Shown here one piece after another: positions 56,775 to 64,000 of a stretch of DNA of 64,000 nucleotides. The notes beneath the pieces are model-generated. The model had not been told where the DNA came from. It did no database searches and saw only the letters and a list, made by a program, of their open reading frames with translations. Location: assembly GCF_009914755.1 (NCBI RefSeq), contig NC_060936.1; one strand, given 5' to 3'. This DNA comes from the human T2T-CHM13v2.0 reference genome, Homo sapiens. A program made the translations under genes and the position numbers. Positions within the stretch are counted from its first letter, which is position 1, and every line of letters starts with the position of its first letter.

Positions 56775-57367
56775 GACTGCAATGTTTTTCAATGTGCAAT
56801 TGCCATAAAATAGTGAACTGTTGAACATTGTTTTTTTTTTTTTTTTTGAGATGAAGTCTTGTTCTGTTGCCCAGGCTGGAGTGCAATGGCATGATCTCGG
56901 CTCACTGCCACCTCCACCTCCTAAGTTCAAGTGAATCTCCTGCCTCAGCCTCTCGGAGTAACTGGGATTATAGGTGTGTGCCACCACCTCCGGCTAATTT
57001 TTATATTTTTAGTAGAGGCAGGGTTTCACCCTGTTGGCCAGGCTGGTCTTGAACTCCTGACCTCAGGTGGTCCAACTGCCTTGGCCTCCCAAACTGTTGG
57101 GATTACAAGCGTGAGCCACTGTGCTCGGCCTGTTGAACATTTTTGACTAAAATCCTCAGTGAAATATACAGATAACTTAATGTCCAAAACATATATCTAC
57201 ATACATGCAAAACTGAAACAAAATTTTCATGAAACAGTTCTTACCCTATATTCCTCGTAATGCACTCTGAATATTTTTTCTTTTCTTTTTTGTTTTTTAA
57301 AATGTTGATTAAACTCAGTTGATTTTGTGACCCACTAAAGAGCTGTTAATCAGATTGAAAAGTACTG
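56775..57367. mobile_element. hAT-Charlie (Charlie4-like) relic split by an Alu
   Basis: AAAACTGAAACAAAATTTTCATGAAACA...GCACTCTGA...TTGTGACCCACTAA...TTGAAAAGTACTG. Confidence 0.6.
56831..57130 (-). mobile_element. AluSx-type
   Basis: Full antisense Alu; TSD TGTTGAACATT. Confidence 0.95.
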
Positions 57368-57540
57368 TATTAATGGGATGGGGGAAGAGCTTTCTAAATC
57401 ATATACACAAATATAATACACAAAAACATAAGTGTTTTTAAAATTTGTTTTTATGTATATGCAAAATATATTTTTCACTGTAAGTTTTCGGGACGAAAGT
57501 TTGCAAGCCACTACCCAAATGAATAAAAGAATTGAAACTT

Positions 57541-58350
57541 TTATGCAACCAACAAACATATGGAAAAAAAGCTCATCACTGATCATTAGAGAAATGCAAA
57601 TAAAAACCACAATGAGATACCACCTCATGTCAGTCAGAATCACGATTATTAAGAAGTCAAGAAACAGCAGATGCTGGCGAGGCTGTGGAGAAATAGGAGT
57701 GCTTTTACATTGTTGGTAGGAATGTAAATTAGTTCAACCATTGTGGAAGACACTATGGCGATTCCCCAAGGATCTAGAAGCAGACCTACCATTTGACCCA
57801 GCAATCCCATTACTGGGTATATACCCAAAGGAATATAAATCATTCTATTATAAAGATATATGCACACATATGTTTGTTGCAACACTATTCACAATAGCAA
57901 AGACATGGAGCCAACCCAAATGCCCATCAATGATAGACTGGATAAAGAAAATGTGGCACATCGAATACTATGCAGCCACAAAAAGGAATGGGATCATGCA
58001 GGGACATGATTGAAGCTGGAAGCCATCATCCTCAGCAAACTAACACAGGAACAGAAAACCAAACACCGCATGTTCTCACTCACAAGTGGGAATTGAACAA
58101 TGAGAACACATGGACACAGGGAGGGGAACAACACACGTCAGGGCCTATCGGAGAGGAGGGCGAAGGGAGGGAGAGCATCAGAATAAATTGCTAATGCATG
58201 CAGGGCTTAAAACTTAGGTGATGGTTTGATAGGTACAGCAAACCACCATGGCACACATATACCTATGTAACAAACCTGCACGTTCTGCACATGTATCCCA
58301 GAACTTAAAGTAAAAATAAATAAATAAGAACCAAAAAAAAAAAAAAAAAA
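57541..58350 (+). mobile_element. L1PA8-11-like 3' end, 5'-truncated
   Basis: ORF2 C-terminal remnants ([24 protein letters not shown]), 3'UTR and poly(A); TSD AATTGAAACTT on both sides. Confidence 0.95.
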
Positions 58351-59554
58351 TTGAAACTTGCCTTCAGAGGCAAGTAGGTAAATAGAACGTGCAGTCCTAA
58401 CTTATTTTTATTTACTTTTTATTAATTATTAGGCAAACCCAGAGGATTGCTTTTGTTTTCTTCCCTCAACTATTTTTTTTTCAAGAATGATTTGAGTTCT
58501 CCGATCACATTATAGACATACAATAGCTATGTCAAGTGTTGATTACAGTGATGGAGTTAGTTTCTTGATCTTAAACATAATGAATAACTCTTTGATATAA
58601 TCTTGTATACATAATCTTTAAGGAATCTTATAATTTTTAAATAACACTTTGGGACTGCTTTTTCAGCTATGATGAACAAGGGTTAATGTATATTCATGTT
58701 GTAAAATGGATCCTCTGTAATCGTTCCTGTATTACAGATCCCAAGGGCTATATTCATGACACTTAAAGGGATAAATTTAAAACACCTTCATGAGGATTGG
58801 CATAGTGTTCATATAACATTAAGTGTAATTCTAATGACTGGAGAACTCAATGATTCAGAAATCTGTGCCCATTAACATCAGTAGCAGTGACTAAGTGTCT
58901 AAGTATCTGACTGTATGCAATACAGTGCTAGACTCAAAGCAAACAGAACCTACTCTCTGCCCTTTGGAGGTTTATATTCTACAGTATCAAGTCCAAAATA
59001 AATATTTTTCACCCCAGATAAAAGGAAAAGTGGGAGATTTTTGTCTTAGTGGCACTCCTCATTTGATAATCATCTCCCCTCATAAAAATTCTCCTCTCTT
59101 GCCACTCCCTTCTCTATGATCTTTAATTCCTCTTCCCTCCCCCAACCCCTCACCCCTTAGCTCTCTGGTGCTGCTATGCTAGATATGCTGACTATGCATA
59201 TCTAGCCCACTATCAGCACTTCTCTCACCTTCCACTAACTGAATCAGAATAGACTGTAGACTCCAAATTTGACTGTCAAGGGTTTCAGGCCCAGCACTTT
59301 AACTGGCCAGCTTTGAAAACTTGGACAACTCATTGCAATAAATATAAAAAGTTCAAAATGTCTGAAACCTACTTTCAAATAGTTCGACCAATTATACATA
59401 TGTTAAGATATATATATACTTTAAATACAAATACATACTTTGTATGCACACACACACATATGTATAATACAAATACAGTAGGATGTTAATAACTGGGAAA
59501 TCAATGTGAGCAGTGTATATAAGTTCATTGTAAGTTCATTGTGCCATTTTTTCA

Positions 59555-59650
59555 AATATTCTATAGAAATATAGAATATTCTATAGAAATATAGAATATT
59601 CTATAGAAATATAGAATATCCTATAGAAATATAGAATATTCTATAGAAAT
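59555..59650. repeat. 20-bp palindromic minisatellite x~4.8
   Basis: Unit CTATAGAAATATAGAATATT. Confidence 0.95.
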
Positions 59651-60482
59651 TTCAAACTAAAATTTGGGAAAAAACAGAAAGACCATTTCCTTGTATCGTA
59701 AATATCCAATAAATGCTAGCTATTATTTTTATTAATCTTGTACTGTATGCCTGTGGGAGACAAATCCCCAGCCCACTCCTAGGTAATGCAAACATTTAGT
59801 GTTGGTCTTTAAGAGACATAATCATAATCCTTTTTGCCTGCCTTTCCATATAAAAATGGATTGGGAGTTTAGTAGAGTGGCAGTCTACTGGTGTATAGGT
59901 GACTACTTAATTATTTAGAGTTACAGACTGTTCTAATTTTACAGAGTTGAACATTCACTCACACTGCACTCGGTCTTTATTTCCTGTAACCAAGCTAATC
60001 TCCCTCCTGAGTAACTTCCAACATAGTAAGAGGAGCAGAGTAGTAAGTGAAACGCATGCACATAGGTGGCACACATATGCCACATAAACACGCTAACTGA
60101 TCACTCAAACCTTTAACTTGCTAAATAATACTAAATAATTTTTGTCTAGTTTACACAATTTCTTTCAATTAAATCTTCAGAAAATTGAGTGTTCAATTCT
60201 TGATTGAGGCTGATCTTTCTTTGCCAGATGGTGTCTGGGTGTAGGGAAAAGCTCAGGACTCCACCTGACAATAGGAATGAGGTAGCTGAATCATGCTCTG
60301 TTTTTCTCCTGCTCAGCTGGTCTCATCTCTGGACTGACAACCCCTGGGAAGTGATTCATTTAGGTGCCCTTGAAGGACCTGAAAGCTTTTATGTCTGCCC
60401 TAAAAAGTAATCATAATCTCCTTTTGTGGCAGCCCTGAGATTGCTGAAAAACCAACTCAAAGTCTAATCCTGAGAAGTGACT

Positions 60483-61988
60483 TGTGGTGAACAGACTCCA
60501 AGAAAGCCCCAGTTATTCCCACCTCCTAGTATTCATGCTGTTGTGTAGTCCTCTCCCTTTGAATGTTAGTGGTGATGCGGTATTTTTCTCACCCCCATTC
60601 ACCGAACTCACGGCAGGGCACCCCATCTACTTGGCCCACTGTGCTTAGCCCCTTGCAGGAGGGAGCAAGTGAGTGAGTGAGTACGGGATCCAGCTGGCTG
60701 CTCTGGGCATTGACACAGGAGCAAGCTCTGTGTGGGGCCCATGACCAGACCAGACATGTTGCCTTGAGGGGAATGCAGCGGACCCCAGGATGCCTGTGAC
60801 CCCGAGGCCTCACAGGGTGCCTGTGACCCTGAAGCCCCAGAGGGGGTCTTATAGTGCTCTTTTAGTTCTGCTACCTGCACTCCAGTGGACAGCAGTGTGT
60901 TAGCAGCTCACTTGGCCCCTTGCCTTGTTATGTGGGGTGGCTGCCCTCCGTTGGCCAGGGCAAAGGGCCAGTGTGACAGCCTTTTCTGGGTACCTACATT
61001 TGGTGAGCCCCGAGCTCTTGTCCAGCATCCAAGAAGCATGAGGTCATGTGGACGATTGAAGGATGGTGAAGGCAGAGAATTGTACTGAGTGATGAAAATG
61101 GCTCTAACTGGAGAGGGGATGGGAAGGGCAAGTCATTTTCCCTGAAGTCAGGTTGTCTCTCTCTCGCAGTCAGGCTGTCTCCCCTACTCCACCAACTGAG
61201 TCTGGGGTCTTTATAGGTACAGGATGGGGAGTGTGAGTGTATGCCAATTGGTTTGTGAGTATACGGAAAAGGTTAAAGTGACGACACCACTCAAAGGTGG
61301 GCATGATGGTGCAGAAAACCAATTAGGAAAGGGTAGATATGTGTAAGATAGGTGAAGGGTGGGGATCAATTAGAGAAAAGTGCGCCAAACAGGAGGACAA
61401 GTTCTCGATCCAGTACAAGGATTTAACTTGTAATTTGGCTTTCAGGCTTTAAAGTGTCTTCAGCTTGGAGGTGGGGTTTCACCAGGTACCCGCCCCTATC
61501 TGCCCAGGCATTTGGCTGTTTCCTGTTGCTATCAGTGGGATGTGTGACTTGCTGCTAACCAACAGAATATGGCAAAGGTGATGTGATGTCATTTCCATGA
61601 TTCTATAAGATTGTAACATGTACATTGCTAGTAGCCCTTCCATATTGAGTTTCTCTTGCTACTTTTCATAAAGAAAACCACCATAGGAAGAGACCTACCT
61701 GGTAAGGAGCTAAAGGCAGCCCTGACAAATGGCCAGGAAAGAGCTGAGGCTGTCAGTCTAACAGCCTGCAAGAAAGTGAATCTGCTAAAAGCTACATGAA
61801 CTTAGAGGAAGATTCTTCTCCAGTCAATCCTCTGTTGAAATTCCAGCCCTGGCTCATGGTAGCCTTGTGAGAGACACTGACGCAGAGCACCCTACACTGC
61901 TACTTGGAATCCTGATTTGCAGAAGCTGTGAGATAATAAGCTGCTAAATTTGTAATAATTTGTTATGTAGCAATGTAAAATTAATACA
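60483..61988 (+). mobile_element. MLT1G/F-like MaLR solo LTR interrupted by an ERV1 LTR
   Basis: TGTGGTGAACAGACTCCAAGA...[insert]...AACAGAATATGGCAAAGGTGATG...ATTAATACA; TSD TGACT/TAACT. Confidence 0.82.
60573..61534 (-). mobile_element. ERV1 solo LTR of the LTR28/MER52 group
   Basis: Minus-strand start TGATAGCAACAGGAAACAGCCAAATGCCTGGGCAGATAGGGGCGGG; TG...CA ends; perfect TSD GTGG at 60569-60572 and 61535-61538. Confidence 0.88.
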
Positions 61989-62366
61989 TAACTTTTGCCA
62001 CAAATTGAGCAACCAAGGAAGTCGACAGAGTTATGAGTTCCTAAACCTCTGGGCTTATCTATGGCATTAAATTATTCTGGACATACTTGTTTTTTTAGAG
62101 ATTTTAAAAGACCAGAAACTAGATTCAATTAAATTCAGTTCAAGCCAAGCCTATTTAATTCCATTCGACAAGAGTTCCTGAAAACTTTCTATATTCCCCT
62201 GCCAACCCTGTCCCATTGTGATAGACCCTGCGAATAAAAAACTAAATATAATGCAGTCCTCAACTCAAGGGAGTTAGCTCTGTTGGGGAAGACAAATCTC
62301 TAGGACTTACCACCACAGGGCAGGATGTTTAGGATATGAGTTTTTGTATATTTTTAAAGCACCCCC

Positions 62367-62753
62367 TTATGGTTAATTTTATGTGTCAACTTGGCTGGAC
62401 TGCTTTTCCCAGATATTTGGTCAGACCTTATTCTGGAAATTTCTGTGAGGGTGTTTTTGGATAAGATTAATATTTAAAGCAGTGACCTTTGAGTAAAGCA
62501 GATTGCCCTTCATAATGTGGGTGGGCCTCATCCAATCAGTTAAAGGTCTATAACAGAATCAAGACTACAAGACTAACATCTTCTGTGCAAGAAGGAATTC
62601 TGCCAGCAGATGGCTTCCGTACTTGTACTAAATCAATTCTTCCCTGGGTCTCCGTAGTAGTATGGGCCAATTCCTTAAAATAAATCTCTCTATAAACAAA
62701 TATGTATATATGCATTCTATTCATTTTGTTTCTCTGGAGAACACTCTCATACA
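62367..62753 (+). mobile_element. MLT2B/C-like ERV-L solo LTR
   Basis: ATGGTTAATTTTATGTGTCAACTTGGCTGG...TGAGTAAAGCAGATTGCCC...TTTCTCTGGAGAACAC..ATACA. Confidence 0.85.
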
Positions 62754-62979
62754 CAGCCCATACTGTAACACTAATATTTTAAATTGCGACCTTTACGTTA
62801 ATTAGTTCCGTATTCAACTGTGAATCTTCACTTATAGTTCATGTTTGTTACTTGGTCCCTTCTCTGACAGTTTCCTTACATGGCAAGTTCTTTGAGGATA
62901 TCTGGGTGTTTTTAAAAATCTATATACCTACAAACTGTCTATTTTGGAAATGAAACACTTGTTAACTGTGTGATTTTAG

Positions 62980-63387
<408 letters not shown>

Positions 63388-64000
63388 TAAAGAATTTAGT
63401 ATTGTGCTTAGTGCTATAGTAAGCACTCAATAAATCTTATTTTTGTGTGTGTGTTATTATTATCTACACCAGCAGAATAGTTAATATTCATTAAATTGAA
63501 AATTATAATAACAATATAGAAGGCATCATGTCCAAAATGAAGAATAATAATTCTATATAGAAACTTTACCTCAATACACTTGAGACGTGTAGGTACGTAA
63601 CTGAATGCATCTCTAATAACGTAAAACATGATTTTCAAGTACATTCTGTGCAAAATGTAGTGTAGAATAAAAAATGTTCTCAGATGTTACCAGTTATCTA
63701 CCCAGAATTTAATTTTGCATAGGTTCTTAAGTATTTTGATGCTGCCTTAATTTGTTATCAATTACAAATAATTTTTCTAAACTGTACAATTAGGAATGGA
63801 TTCATTTGTTCTGAACTGGTAATTATGCACAATAAACGGGAATGTAGTAGGATTATGAGGTTATAGTTGAATAATAGCAAGTTAGGACTAATTTTTCATA
63901 ATTTTTCCCTTTGTATTGTTATTAATGAGAGATAAATGTTTTTGGTTAAATTACTTAGTTCATCAGTGGAGGAAGGAACTCAAAATTGAAGATTAGTTTT

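Noticed and set aside
59555-59650. CRISPR-like array
   Set aside because: Head-to-tail tandem units without unique spacers, in primate DNA; it is a minisatellite.
62601-62618. Second CTCF-like motif CCAGCAGATGGCTT
   Set aside because: The 3' positions mismatch the consensus and it lies in an MLT2 LTR where similar sequence is expected; too weak to call.

Overview
This is primate (most likely human or great ape) nuclear DNA. It is AT-rich, CpG-depleted, has no CpG island, and is dominated by interspersed repeats. These include about 19 Alu/FLAM copies, several L1 fragments of different ages, L2 and MIR relics, a complete THE1B MaLR provirus with a perfect target-site duplication (TSD), four ERV1 solo LTRs with 4-bp TSDs, MLT1/MLT2/LTR16 solo LTRs, an ERV-L integrase-dUTPase fossil, and Tigger and hAT-Charlie DNA transposon relics. 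I recognise no known protein-coding gene, tRNA or rRNA; nearly all listed ORFs are repeat-derived or low-complexity artefacts. The unique sequence contains several good + strand splice-site pairs that could be exons of a lncRNA or microprotein gene, a good CTCF motif, a double-hairpin element and several non-B DNA-prone tracts. The most interesting hypothesis is inference only: the THE1B 5' LTR (TATA, DUX4-type site, ATG, splice donor) could splice in frame to a unique exon at 14602 and encode a 62-aa single-pass membrane microprotein. Other notable observations are a 42-bp micro-inversion inside an MLT2 LTR, a 5'UTR-only L1 flanked by TSD-like repeats, and a 35-bp dispersed duplication. Repeat subfamily names come from my recall of consensus sequences and need RepeatMasker/Dfam confirmation.
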